Positions 1 through 9,169 of a stretch of DNA of 46,405 bases are shown here, in pieces. Location of the stretch: positions 1-46,405 of the forward strand of contig JAIRRC010000017.1 of the NCBI GenBank assembly GCA_031256175.1, given 5' to 3'. Each line of letters starts with the position of its first letter. The first letter of the stretch is position 1. This DNA is from Rickettsiales bacterium (GTDB lineage Bacteria; Pseudomonadota; Alphaproteobacteria; Rs-D84). The notes below the pieces were generated by a model. The model saw only the letters and a program-made list of their open reading frames with translations. It searched no databases and had not been told where the DNA came from. The translations under genes and the position numbers were made by a program.

Positions 1-80
1 TAACCTGCATAAGAACGGCGCGCTAAAAACGCACAACCCTTCCGCATGCGAAAACCAAACCCCTTAAAAAGGAGAAAAAG

Positions 81-902
81 ATGTCTATAAGTGTAGAACA
101 ATCTTTCGTAAAACAATTCGAAGCCGACGTCCATTTGGCCTACCAGCAAATGGGCACCAAGCTTCGTTCCACCATCCGTTCGAAGAACGGCGTCGTCGGA
201 AGCTCGACCACGTTTCAAAGGATAGGCAAAGGCCTCGCGAACACGAAATCGCGCCACGGGCTTGTGCCTGTCATGAACCTGAACCACGAGCCAATCGAAT
301 GCCCGTTGGTCGACTATTACGCCGGCGACTGGGTCGACGCGCTCGACGAGCTGAAAACGAACATCGACGAACGCCGCGTCGTCGCAAGCGCCGGCGCCTA
401 CGCGCTCGGCCGCAAAACCGACGACCTGATTATCGGCGCGCTCGGCCAGGCGCAGGAATCGATAGGCGACTATTCGAAAGGGCTTAACAAGGATAAAATC
501 CTTGCGGCCATCGCCGGCCTGAACGGCAAGGACGTTCCGGACGACGGCCGCCGCTTCGCGGTTGTCGGCGTTCAGCAGTGGAACGAATTGCTTTCCATAG
601 ACGAATTCGTGTCGAGCGAATACGTCGGCGACAATTTGCCGATGCTCTCAGGCGCGGAAACGAAGAAATGGATGGGCATAGTGTGGGTCTTGCACAACGC
701 GCTTCCTGTAAGCGGCGATGAAAGGGATTGCTTCCTGTATCATTCGTCGGCCATCGGACATGCGTGCGGCCAGGAAGTCAAATCGGACATATCCTGGCAT
801 GGAGAGCGCGCCGCGCACTTCATAAGCAATAGCATGAGCCAAGGCGCCTGCCTGATTGACAACGACGGCATCGTCAGAATCAAATGCGGCGAAGACCTCT
901 AA
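81..902 (+). CDS. Phage major capsid protein (podovirus-like)
   Basis: 273-aa ORF with strong RBS (AAGGAG); motifs FVKQFEADVHLAYQ..G.KLR, DYYAGDWVD.LDELK, AYALGRKTDDLII resemble alphaproteobacterial podoviral capsid proteins. Confidence 0.85.
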   Translation: MSISVEQSFVKQFEADVHLAYQQMGTKLRSTIRSKNGVVGSSTTFQRIGKGLANTKSRHGLVPVMNLNHEPIECPLVDYYAGDWVDALDELKTNIDERRVVASAGAYALGRKTDDLIIGALGQAQESIGDYSKGLNKDKILAAIAGLNGKDVPDDGRRFAVVGVQQWNELLSIDEFVSSEYVGDNLPMLSGAETKKWMGIVWVLHNALPVSGDERDCFLYHSSAIGHACGQEVKSDISWHGERAAHFISNSMSQGACLIDNDGIVRIKCGEDL

Positions 903-925
903 CCAGATAACCCAAGGAGATAAAC

Positions 926-1156
926 ATGGCATTCCAAAATAAAAATCTTTCGGTCATAGCATACGCGAACGGCTTCACGCTGTGGCACTACGCGGCCGAA
1001 GACACGTTGGCGCAGATAGCGGCGAGCGATTATTTCGCGCCTGCGTTAAGCATGATAAACCCCGGGGATATGCTTCTGGCGTCCGGCAAAGACGGCAATG
1101 GCGCGGTGAAAACCTTCAAGATATTGAACGGCGTCATCACCACCACGGCTATATAA
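926..1156 (+). CDS. Small conserved phage-cluster protein (possible capsid decoration/fibre)
   Basis: 76 aa, RBS AAGGAG; LSVIAYANGFTLWHY motif; directly follows capsid; function not assignable. Confidence 0.6.
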   Translation: MAFQNKNLSVIAYANGFTLWHYAAEDTLAQIAASDYFAPALSMINPGDMLLASGKDGNGAVKTFKILNGVITTTAI

Positions 1157-1169
1157 TCTATCCGCCTTC

Positions 1170-1228
1170 AACTCCCCCCTTGCGGGGGAGTCGAAAAATT
1201 GCGAAGCGATTTTTCGGTGGGGGGACAA
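1170..1228. repeat. REP-like palindrome family A (ACTCCCCCCTTGCGGGGGAGTC...GGTGGGGGG)
   Basis: Related copies at ~23616-23662 (in uppS), ~29071-29127 (in proS), ~29721-29778. Confidence 0.8.
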
Positions 1229-1247
1229 AATGAAAAAGGAACCCGAC

Positions 1248-1625
1248 ATGTCGAAACGACTCGATATTTGCAACTTGGCATTGTTAAAACTGGGCGAACG
1301 CCCGATTGAATCTATGGACGGCGAAAGCGCGGCGGCGATACTGGCGCGAACGCTGTTTCCGTCCGTGGCGCGCGCGCTTCTGTCGTCATACGATTGGAGG
1401 TTTCCGCACGCGTCGGAACACAAGGCCGAAAAATGGCCGGACTATTTCGCGAACGCCGTTTCGATGAAGCTGGCGGAGGAATTCTGCATACCGCTTTGCG
1501 ACAATGCGACGATGATGCGGACCTTGCGCGACCTGGCGAAGGACGAGCTTAAAACGGCGAAGCTCGCCGACATTCGCGGCGGCTCTGGCATAAAGAACTT
1601 CTCGCTGATAGACCAAAGGTTTTGA
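1248..1625 (+). CDS. Tail tubular protein A-like (T7 gp11-like), shortened
   Basis: LDICNLALLKLGERPIES...YDWRF is the typical gp11-like N-terminus; start moved to ATG 1248 behind AAGGA RBS. Confidence 0.7.
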   Translation: MSKRLDICNLALLKLGERPIESMDGESAAAILARTLFPSVARALLSSYDWRFPHASEHKAEKWPDYFANAVSMKLAEEFCIPLCDNATMMRTLRDLAKDELKTAKLADIRGGSGIKNFSLIDQRF

Positions 1626-1627
1626 TT

Positions 1628-3358
1628 ATGGCAAGCACGAAATTCACGCAAACGAATTCCAACTTCGCGCTGGGCGAAGTGTCGGGCGAATTGTCCGGAC
1701 GCGGCGACTTGAAGACCGCGGCCTTCGGGCTTTCGAAGTTGGAAAACATGGATATAATCTCGTCCGGCGGCATCCGCCGCAGATGTGGGACTGCGTCCAT
1801 CGTCGGCGAACTCGGGGAAAACGCGCGCATCGTTCCGATGAAGCTGGGCAACGGAAGCGAATACCTTCTTCTTCTGGAAAATAAAAGAATAAAAATATTC
1901 AAGGACGGGGCGCAGACTGCGATGGTCGTCAGTCGATGGTCTGCGGCGCATCTGCCGAAATTGCAAATAGTCCAGATGGGCGATTCGATTGTCTTCGCGC
2001 ATCCGGACGTTATACCCTCGGTGCTAAGCTTTCTTGTAAACGGAACATGGCGCCTTGTCAACTTCAACTTCGAAACGGAAAACGGGAACATGCGCCAGCC
2101 CTGGCACAAATTCGAAGGCTCGAACTTTCCGTTCGTGGTTTCTAACATCACGGCGGGCGGCTCGCGCAGCGCGACATTGACCGCGCAGGACGGCGAAAAT
2201 TGGACGCCCGATTGCATGTATTCGGACATCCGGTTCGCGGGAATAGACTTTTGGATAACGCAGTATGTCAGCCCGCGCGAAGTGCGCGTCACGACGAACG
2301 ATTCGAAGACGATTCCGACGGGCACGATTTCGGATTGGACGGAAAGCGCGTTCAGCGACCGGCGCGGCTGGCCGCGCAGCGCGGCGGTGTATCAGAATCG
2401 GCTGGTGCTTGCGGGCAATACGGCGCTCCCTAATTTTTTGTGGATGTCGAAAACCGGACGGCACTACAACTTCGACACCGGCACGGGATTGGACAATGAA
2501 TCGGTGTGCGCGTCGCTCATGGGCGGCAGCCAGCACAGCATCGTGTCGGTCCAAAGCGGCGAGAACTTGGAAGTCTTAACCGACCTCGGCGAATGGAGCA
2601 TAAAGGGCATGCCGATAACCCCGGGCAGTCTGTCGGTGCGCCAGCATACGAACATCGGCAGCAGCGCGGCGGAATACGTCCCGCCCCAGCGCGTTGACGG
2701 CGCGACTATATTCGTGTCGAAAAATGCGGAGCTGCGCGAGCTGAGGCTGGACAACCTAAGCGATTCATACAGCACGACGGACTTGTCGGCGGTGTCGAAG
2801 CACCTTATGACGGGAACGCGCGCGGCCGCATACCACCAGCCGACGAAGCGCCTGATGCTCGTGCAAAAGGACGGCAGGATTGCGGTCTTGAAAAAGGACG
2901 ACAATCTGGAAATCCTGGGCTGGTCGACATACGGGACCGACGGCAGATGGATGGACATCGCGGTTGTCGGCGGAAAAATATATACGCTTGTCGAACGCGG
3001 CGATGAAACATTCTTGGAAGTCTTCGACGAGGATAAAATGACGGACGGCGCGGACGAATTCGCATACGCGCATACGGCGGCGGCGATGCCGCTGTTCTCG
3101 GACGGCGCGCCGGCAAGGCTGGCGCGTCTGACGAAATGGAAGGCGCGCGTCGTGGATTCGGCGAATCTGAAAGTCCGCCTGAACGGAGGCGAAGCGCTGG
3201 AAATACCGATACCGGAAACGCCTGGCATACACGACGTGTCGGCTGCGGCGCTGGGCACGTGCGAAAACGCGCGGATTCCGCTGTGGGAAATTTCCGGCAG
3301 CGAACCGAAGCCGTTGACCATACTCTCGATTACTATCGAGGGAAGAATATCGATTTAA
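1628..3358 (+). CDS. Tail tubular protein B-like (T7 gp12-like nozzle)
   Basis: NFALGEVS..L.GRGDL N-terminus, WTESAFSDRRGWP..YQNRLV, LWMSKTG.HYNF; follows tail tube A. Confidence 0.8.
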   Translation: MASTKFTQTNSNFALGEVSGELSGRGDLKTAAFGLSKLENMDIISSGGIRRRCGTASIVGELGENARIVPMKLGNGSEYLLLLENKRIKIFKDGAQTAMVVSRWSAAHLPKLQIVQMGDSIVFAHPDVIPSVLSFLVNGTWRLVNFNFETENGNMRQPWHKFEGSNFPFVVSNITAGGSRSATLTAQDGENWTPDCMYSDIRFAGIDFWITQYVSPREVRVTTNDSKTIPTGTISDWTESAFSDRRGWPRSAAVYQNRLVLAGNTALPNFLWMSKTGRHYNFDTGTGLDNESVCASLMGGSQHSIVSVQSGENLEVLTDLGEWSIKGMPITPGSLSVRQHTNIGSSAAEYVPPQRVDGATIFVSKNAELRELRLDNLSDSYSTTDLSAVSKHLMTGTRAAAYHQPTKRLMLVQKDGRIAVLKKDDNLEILGWSTYGTDGRWMDIAVVGGKIYTLVERGDETFLEVFDEDKMTDGADEFAYAHTAAAMPLFSDGAPARLARLTKWKARVVDSANLKVRLNGGEALEIPIPETPGIHDVSAAALGTCENARIPLWEISGSEPKPLTILSITIEGRISI

Positions 3359-3374
3359 CCCAAAAGGAGAAAAC

Positions 3375-3737
3375 ATGTCCCAATACACGAACGAAATAAA
3401 CGAAATCATAGGACTTGATTCCAAAAAGGAAGCGAAGAAGATAAAGTCCGAACGCGCGAAGGTTATGCTGCAAATCGCCGAAGACAAAAAAACGCGCGCC
3501 AACCTTGTGAAGAAAGCGCTGGCCGCGCAGCAGGCGGCGTTCGGCGCGGGCGGTTCCAGCGGCCTAAGCGCCAGCGACGCCGCGGTCTTGAAGCGTATCG
3601 AGGAAGAAGCCGGCGCGGGCATGGACGATAAAATCGCGAAAGGCGAAAGCAGATTGTCCGGCCTGCGGAATCCGAAGGATAGGCGCGCGAAGAATCTTTT
3701 GCGCAGCCTGTTGAAACATTTGGGAACCGGAATGTGA
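3375..3737 (+). CDS. Putative internal virion protein
   Basis: 120 aa, helical, QQAAFGAGG motif, RBS AAGGAG, position after tail tube B. Confidence 0.45.
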   Translation: MSQYTNEINEIIGLDSKKEAKKIKSERAKVMLQIAEDKKTRANLVKKALAAQQAAFGAGGSSGLSASDAAVLKRIEEEAGAGMDDKIAKGESRLSGLRNPKDRRAKNLLRSLLKHLGTGM

Positions 3738-4378
3738 AAAACCGGGACAGCGCGGCGGCGTTCATAAACGCCTGGAACGAATTGCTTGGCATGGAAACGC
3801 CGCCGCACCATCTTGAAATGACCCGATTCTTTGTCAAAACTATTTTCGAAAAAAGTTCCCCCCGTAGCGAAGGGTGCCCGAAGGGCGGGGTGGTCTTCAA
3901 CCGCGGCCTGATGATGTGCTTCCGGCATTCGGGGAAATCTTCGGTTGTCGGAATAATGGCGGCGTGGTTCTTGACGATAAAGCCGCAGGCGCGCGTGCTG
4001 ATTCTGTCGGCCGAGCAAACATTGTCGTCAAGGATGGTGTCGCATATAAAAAATATTATAGAGAATCACCCGGCGTGCAAAGACATGGTCCCAATGGTGA
4101 AAAAGGAATGGGCCTCGCACCGGATAACAATCGAAAGGCCGGTGGGCCCGCGCGAGCCTTCGGTTATTTGCCAGGGGGTGCACGGGAATATAACGGGCAT
4201 GCGCGCGGATTTGATTATTTGCGACGACGTGGAAGTGCCCAATACCTCGAACACGGCGCAGAAGCGCGCGCAGCTAAGGGAACGCCTGCGCGAATTGGAT
4301 TTTATATTGTCCCCGGGCGGCGCGATGCTATACCTCGGCACTCCACACTCGGCGGATACTATATATCAGGTTCAATGA
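3734..4378 (+). CDS. Terminase large subunit, N-terminal ATPase domain only
   Basis: Walker A-like FRHSGKS, GNITGMRADLIICDDVE (Walker B), coupling motif GTPH, stop shortly after. Confidence 0.85.
   Translation: MKNRDSAAAFINAWNELLGMETPPHHLEMTRFFVKTIFEKSSPRSEGCPKGGVVFNRGLMMCFRHSGKSSVVGIMAAWFLTIKPQARVLILSAEQTLSSRMVSHIKNIIENHPACKDMVPMVKKEWASHRITIERPVGPREPSVICQGVHGNITGMRADLIICDDVEVPNTSNTAQKRAQLRERLRELDFILSPGGAMLYLGTPHSADTIYQVQ
3852..3897. repeat. REP-like family B (AAGTTCCCC...GGGGTGGTC), in frame in terminase ATPase gene
   Basis: Related copies at ~19291-19337, ~24345-24392 (in uppS), ~32210-32255. Confidence 0.75.
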
Positions 4379-4385
4379 TAAACTT

Positions 4386-4541
4386 CAAAAAATCCTATCG
4401 AAATCGCGTTTTCGATGGATAATCGTCCGATGCGCGGGAAAGCCTCGAACCGAGTAGGCCTTTATGGCTGCCGCGAGGTTCGGTTTTCCAAGCGAGTGGA
4501 CGATTAGACGCGAAAACGAAAAATTGAGGTTGGATTTTTTG
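4386..4541. mobile_element. MITE/RPE-like palindromic element, 156 bp
   Basis: Perfect 10-bp terminal inverted repeat CAAAAAATCC/GGATTTTTTG; nested internal stems (CGTTTTCG, TAATCGTCC, CGAACC and their complements). Confidence 0.65.
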
Positions 4542-4544
4542 TCC

Positions 4545-6125
4545 TTATTCAAAATCACCGGAAGATTCGGGACTCTTCTCCATATGCGTGCCGACCGGAT
4601 TGTAATTGTTGTCGTCGTCGCCGAATCGGTTCGCGGCGTCGGGAAGCAAATCCGTGAACCTGCTGTACTCGCCGCGATAGCCCAAATGTATTGTGCCGAT
4701 GGGACCATGCCGCTGCTTTGCGATTATAAGCTCGGCCTTGTTGCGGTATTTCTCCATATCTTTCTGCCACCAGTCGTGCTGAACCTTGGATTTTTCGCCG
4801 GTCTTCTGGTTAAGCTTTCCTGCGGGGTCGCGGCCTTGAAGATAATATTCGTGGCGGTATGTGAAAGCGACGATGTCGGCGTCCTGCTCGATGGAGCCCG
4901 ATTCGCGAAGGTCGGAAAGAATTGGCCGCTTGTCGTCGCGCGATTCGACCTGTCGCGACAGCTGCGATAGGGCAAGCACCGGCACGTTCAATTCTTTCGC
5001 CAGCATTTTAAGGCCGCGCGTCATCTCGGAAAGTTCCTGAACGCGGTTGTCGTTCTTGCGGCTTCCGCCCGGCGCGCTCAATAGCTGGATATAATCGATG
5101 ACGATAAGCGCGATTCCGCCATGTGATTTTTCATACTGGCGCTGCAAGCGGCGCGCGCGCGCGCGAATTACGGGCACGGAAATTCCGGGCGTGTCGTCCA
5201 GAACAAGCGGCAGCTTTTCTATCTCTTTCGAAAATTCGGCCAGAGTCATCAAATCGGTGTCGTTAAGCGTTCCGTTTCGCATGCTGCTGGACGGGATTTC
5301 CGAAACGCTTGACAGCACGCGCGCGGCAAGTTGTGCCGAGCTCATTTCAAGGCTGAAAAACACGACGACGCCCGCAAGCTTTTTCGGCACCTTTCCGTTG
5401 GCGACGGACTGCGCGGCGTTGAAAGCCATGTTCATGGCGATGGTGGTTTTTCCCATACCCGGACGGCCCGCGATAATCACTAAATCGGAAGGATGCAACC
5501 CGCCAATCTGCCGGTCGATGTCGGTGAACCCGGTGGTCAGTCCCGAAAGATGCCCGTCCTGTTTAAGCGCGGCCTCGGTCTGTTCCAGGGATTCTTTAAG
5601 CGCCTGACCGATGGTCATGGACATGCGCTCGGAAGACGTGCCGCTGGTCGCAAGCTCGAAAAGTTTTTGCTCGGCCTGCTCTATCTGGGCGGTCGCGGGC
5701 AGTTCCAGGTCTTCTGCGGCGGCGGTGTTCATGACGTCTTGCCCGATGTCGATAAGCTGGCGCCGCAAAGCATTGTCGAAAACAAGACGCGCATAGTGTT
5801 CGACATTCATAATGCTCGAACCCATTCCAACCAGCTGGTCTAAATACTCCACGCCGCCTATGTCGGCCAAAACGCCCTTTTGTTCGAGATAATTTCGAAT
5901 GGTAACGACATCGGCGGGGAAGCCTTTTGAAATCTGCTTGTCGATGACATTGAACGTCTCGGCATGGGCGGGATGGGAAAAATGTTCGGCGCGCAAAAAG
6001 TCGGATACTTTTTCATGCGCCCGGTTGTTCAAAAGAATCGCGGCAAGCACGGCCTGTTCCGCCGCCATATTGACCGGTGAATTGTTGCTAATTTGTTCTG
6101 CCTTTCTTTCCATGTCGGGTATCAT
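4545..6125 (-). CDS. dnaB: Replicative DNA helicase
   Basis: AEQAVL..ILL, GRPGMGKT, FFSLEMS, IDYIQL, LSQLSR, DLRESGSIEQDAD, KQRHGPIG. Confidence 0.97.
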   Translation of the reverse strand: MIPDMERKAEQISNNSPVNMAAEQAVLAAILLNNRAHEKVSDFLRAEHFSHPAHAETFNVIDKQISKGFPADVVTIRNYLEQKGVLADIGGVEYLDQLVGMGSSIMNVEHYARLVFDNALRRQLIDIGQDVMNTAAAEDLELPATAQIEQAEQKLFELATSGTSSERMSMTIGQALKESLEQTEAALKQDGHLSGLTTGFTDIDRQIGGLHPSDLVIIAGRPGMGKTTIAMNMAFNAAQSVANGKVPKKLAGVVVFFSLEMSSAQLAARVLSSVSEIPSSSMRNGTLNDTDLMTLAEFSKEIEKLPLVLDDTPGISVPVIRARARRLQRQYEKSHGGIALIVIDYIQLLSAPGGSRKNDNRVQELSEMTRGLKMLAKELNVPVLALSQLSRQVESRDDKRPILSDLRESGSIEQDADIVAFTYRHEYYLQGRDPAGKLNQKTGEKSKVQHDWWQKDMEKYRNKAELIIAKQRHGPIGTIHLGYRGEYSRFTDLLPDAANRFGDDDNNYNPVGTHMEKSPESSGDFE

Positions 6126-6157
6126 ACCCTATCTCTATGGATTTTCAATAGATAACT

Positions 6158-6303
6158 CAAAAAATATTAGTGGGGTCGCGTTTTCGATGAATAAGTAATG
6201 AATTATAGCTCAAAAAATACAGGCCGACCGCAAAATCGAGAATAGATTTTCGAGAAGCGAGGAAATATAGGCCGATTTTGAAAAGTCGGCCTAATATTTT
6301 TTG
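6158..6303. mobile_element. MITE/RPE-like element, 146 bp
   Basis: Perfect 13-bp TIR CAAAAAATATTAG/CTAATATTTTTTG; shares TCGCGTTTTCGATGRATAA with the 4386 element and CGCAAAATCGAGRATAG with the 16000 element. Confidence 0.6.
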
Positions 6304-6306
6304 CCC

Positions 6307-9012
6307 TTATAGATTCGGCAATACGAACATCTCGCCGTAGCCGATGACTTTAGTGGAGCCGCCCGGCAAATTGATAGTGCACTGAATGGCGGCCTCGAAC
6401 CTGGCCATCAGTTCGGCGTTTGCCTTGTCGGCGCTCTTCTTGTTGGCGGAATCCTGTGCTGAATCGACAGCCGCTCCGGCAAGCGCTCCGCCAAGCAGAC
6501 CCAGACCGATGGTTGTCGCATAACCGCCGCCCGAAAGCGAATCCTTGTTATCCTTGCTGTCTTTGGCGGCGGTCGTCCTCATGCTGTTCAGCGCATTGAC
6601 AAGGTTGTTTATCGCGGCCTGCGCCGACTGGGCGCCGATAACGGCAACCGAGGTTTCCTTCGGAACGTCATTCAGCGCGACTTTGACCGCCTCTGCGTTG
6701 GCGATGAGGTTCGTCTGGCCTTTGATTATCTCATCAAGGCTTTTTATCATATTCGCCCTTTTGCCTTCTATATCGCCAGCGCTGACATCCGCGAACTGAG
6801 TCTTCCAAGTAGAACGCTTTGTATCAACGTCATTGGTGGCGCCTCTTATTTCCACCGTATCTATGGCGCTTCTGAATGCAGCAAGCTGGACGTTAAGCGC
6901 ATTTATTTTTTCAGGCCTTGCACTCTGAGCCCGCTGCGCATCGCTTTCTCCCCTGTTGGACTTTTTGAATTCATCCACTTGCGCCTTGGCGGATTTAGCC
7001 AAGCCTTGCAAATTAACGAAATCGCTATCGGCTATGATTTTGTCCAAAGCATCCAGAATCGGGTCCATAGTGCTGATATCCAGCGGTGCGCTAAGCGAAA
7101 GCTTATACCCGTCGATTTTGTCGACGACGCCTGACTTCTTGCTGCCCTGGGTCAAATCCAAAGCCTGCGACAACTGGTATCCGCCGTATCCCGCGGCGCC
7201 CGCGCCAAGCACCGCGGCGCCGGTGGTCTTCAGCCAGTCCGGAAGCATTCCGTCGTCGACGAAATCCTTCGGCTTGTAGAAATTTTTCAAAGTGGTGTAG
7301 ACCGCGCTTCCCAGCTGCTCGCCGCAGGTGAAGGAATTTCCGGCCGGGACCCACCATTGGGTGGTGCTGACGTTGTGGCCTTTTTCTTTAAGCACGCTGT
7401 TAAGCCCGCCGTCCGTGACCGCGACCTGCACCAGCGACCAGCACTTGTCGGTCGTCTGCATGGTTGTCGGATAAGTCGGCGGTGTGGCCTGCGCCAGAAT
7501 CACGCCGCCCGAATCGTTCGCGCCCCATCCCCACATGGTGTTTCCGCCGACCTTGACGCAGCGGTTCATCTTGACCGAGTATTCGGCCTCGCGCTTGCTC
7601 GTGGCGATATTCTCGACCAATCTAAGCATCTGCGCGAAAGCGCGCTCGTTGTTGGCCTGGTCGTTGGCGGTCGCCGCGGTGGCATAGTTCCACGAACCCA
7701 GGGCCGAAGTGCTGTTCTTGGCGCCGACGATTTGGAAATATGTGTCGCAGCTGTTGTCGCTTAACACTTCGTTCCAGCAGAATGATTTCGCGGACTTGTC
7801 GTTAAGGCGGACTTTAAGGCTTGACGTGGTCCCGTCGTCCAGCCTCATGCATGAATAGAAATTCTCGCCGCATTTGTCCTCGACGCAGTCCTGAACGACC
7901 GCCATGCATTGCTTTTCGACCTGAACGGCGGTGTTGGAATCGAACATGTTTTTAAGCTTGTTGGCGAAAACATTGATTGCGTCGGCCACGACCGAAGTCA
8001 TGTTGACGCCGCTTACGGCCGCGGCATAGGAACAGGCCAGATTGGTGTTCATGGTGTTGTCGCATATTGTTCCGACGACCGACTTGATTTTGCTCGCGTC
8101 GAAAACATTGTTGACGGACGCCTGCTGATGGCAGACCAGGGCGTTTCCGTTTCCGCAAGTCGACCTCACGCAGTTTTCGGCGTCGCCAAGGCATTGCTGG
8201 CGGATTTCGCGGTCGAACTCGGCCTTGATGTCTTCAAGGACGGACTGGCGGAAGTTGGTGAAATAGCGGTCATACATATCGTCGAAGACATCGTCGTTGT
8301 CTTTCGCTCCGGACATTGCGCGGCAGTCCTTGTTGGTTCCGATGGAATCCAAACATCCGTTCATAAGAACCTTGCGCGGGGTTGTCTGGGTGCACGCGGC
8401 GCCGCTGACAAGCTTGCAGGCAAGGGTGTTGACCTCGTCGTCGCTGTTGGCGCCCGGGAAACAAAGGTTGGGATTCTTGGCGCAAGTGTCGGCGAAGCAT
8501 TTGTTGACGGCGCGGGAACAGCGGGTCTGGGAATTTCCGGCGACATATTCTGCGCCCGCGGCGATAAGCTTCATTATATAGGAACCCGCGGACGGAGTCG
8601 TGGAATTGTTTCCAAACAAAGCGGTAAGTTCGGCGGCGTCGCAGGCGGCGGTGTGCTCCTTGCATCCGGATTTTTTGATGTTGAATTCTTCGGTCGTTGT
8701 GCAGTATTCGAAAAATTCGCCGCAGTTGGAGTCGCGTTCAAGACAAGATTGAACCCTGCGGCATTCTCCGCCGCCCGTGGTCGTCCCGCCGCCGGTGTTG
8801 GTCTGGGACGCGGCGTTTTGGGCGGACACGACATAGGTGTTCATCATTCCTGTAAGGGAACCTGAAATCGCATAGCGGTTGACGGCTTCGGCGGTTGGCG
8901 CGATGCTGGGCCGTCCGCTTCCTGTGGTGATGGTCGCCGCATTCGCGGAAAACGCGAGCGTCAAAGCCGCGATTGCGATGGCAAGCCCCTTGAAAATTCT
9001 AGCAAAAGTCAT
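6307..9012 (-). CDS. Large exported cysteine-rich hypothetical protein
   Basis: Signal peptide (..LTLAFSANA) if started at ATG 9012 with GAGGGAG RBS; repeated CxxxxxxCxxxxC motifs; two Gly-rich hydrophobic segments in the C-terminal half. Confidence 0.75.
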   Translation of the reverse strand: MTFARIFKGLAIAIAALTLAFSANAATITTGSGRPSIAPTAEAVNRYAISGSLTGMMNTYVVSAQNAASQTNTGGGTTTGGGECRRVQSCLERDSNCGEFFEYCTTTEEFNIKKSGCKEHTAACDAAELTALFGNNSTTPSAGSYIMKLIAAGAEYVAGNSQTRCSRAVNKCFADTCAKNPNLCFPGANSDDEVNTLACKLVSGAACTQTTPRKVLMNGCLDSIGTNKDCRAMSGAKDNDDVFDDMYDRYFTNFRQSVLEDIKAEFDREIRQQCLGDAENCVRSTCGNGNALVCHQQASVNNVFDASKIKSVVGTICDNTMNTNLACSYAAAVSGVNMTSVVADAINVFANKLKNMFDSNTAVQVEKQCMAVVQDCVEDKCGENFYSCMRLDDGTTSSLKVRLNDKSAKSFCWNEVLSDNSCDTYFQIVGAKNSTSALGSWNYATAATANDQANNERAFAQMLRLVENIATSKREAEYSVKMNRCVKVGGNTMWGWGANDSGGVILAQATPPTYPTTMQTTDKCWSLVQVAVTDGGLNSVLKEKGHNVSTTQWWVPAGNSFTCGEQLGSAVYTTLKNFYKPKDFVDDGMLPDWLKTTGAAVLGAGAAGYGGYQLSQALDLTQGSKKSGVVDKIDGYKLSLSAPLDISTMDPILDALDKIIADSDFVNLQGLAKSAKAQVDEFKKSNRGESDAQRAQSARPEKINALNVQLAAFRSAIDTVEIRGATNDVDTKRSTWKTQFADVSAGDIEGKRANMIKSLDEIIKGQTNLIANAEAVKVALNDVPKETSVAVIGAQSAQAAINNLVNALNSMRTTAAKDSKDNKDSLSGGGYATTIGLGLLGGALAGAAVDSAQDSANKKSADKANAELMARFEAAIQCTINLPGGSTKVIGYGEMFVLPNL

Positions 9013-9090
9013 AGGACAACTCCCTCTATATATAATATATTTTACCACAATTCCAACGGATATACAAACGGAAAATTCCTTTGATTAATT

Positions 9091-9147
9091 GTCATCCCCG
9101 GCTTGCCTGCAACCCGAAGTTTCAACGAAGGGCTGACCGGGGACCTC
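9091..9147. repeat. GTCAT-type REP (family C) with a second palindrome nested in its loop
   Basis: GTCATCCCCGGCTTG[30-nt insert]ACCGGGGACCTC; about 20 simple GTCAY-stem-loop copies occur across the window. Confidence 0.8.
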
Positions 9148-9169
9148 ATCCATTCGTAAGGAACACATC

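Noticed and set aside
2765..4018. Long antisense ORFs here and throughout the window
   Set aside because: Expected in high-GC coding DNA; no recognisable motifs, and they lie opposite well-supported genes
4545..6125. dnaB as a phage replication gene
   Set aside because: Opposite strand to the virion genes and a typical full-length alphaproteobacterial chromosomal DnaB; not provable without phylogeny
6307..9012. Second DGR target in the other Cys-rich proteins (also 45349-46405)
   Set aside because: No nucleotide match to the TR seen at their 3' ends
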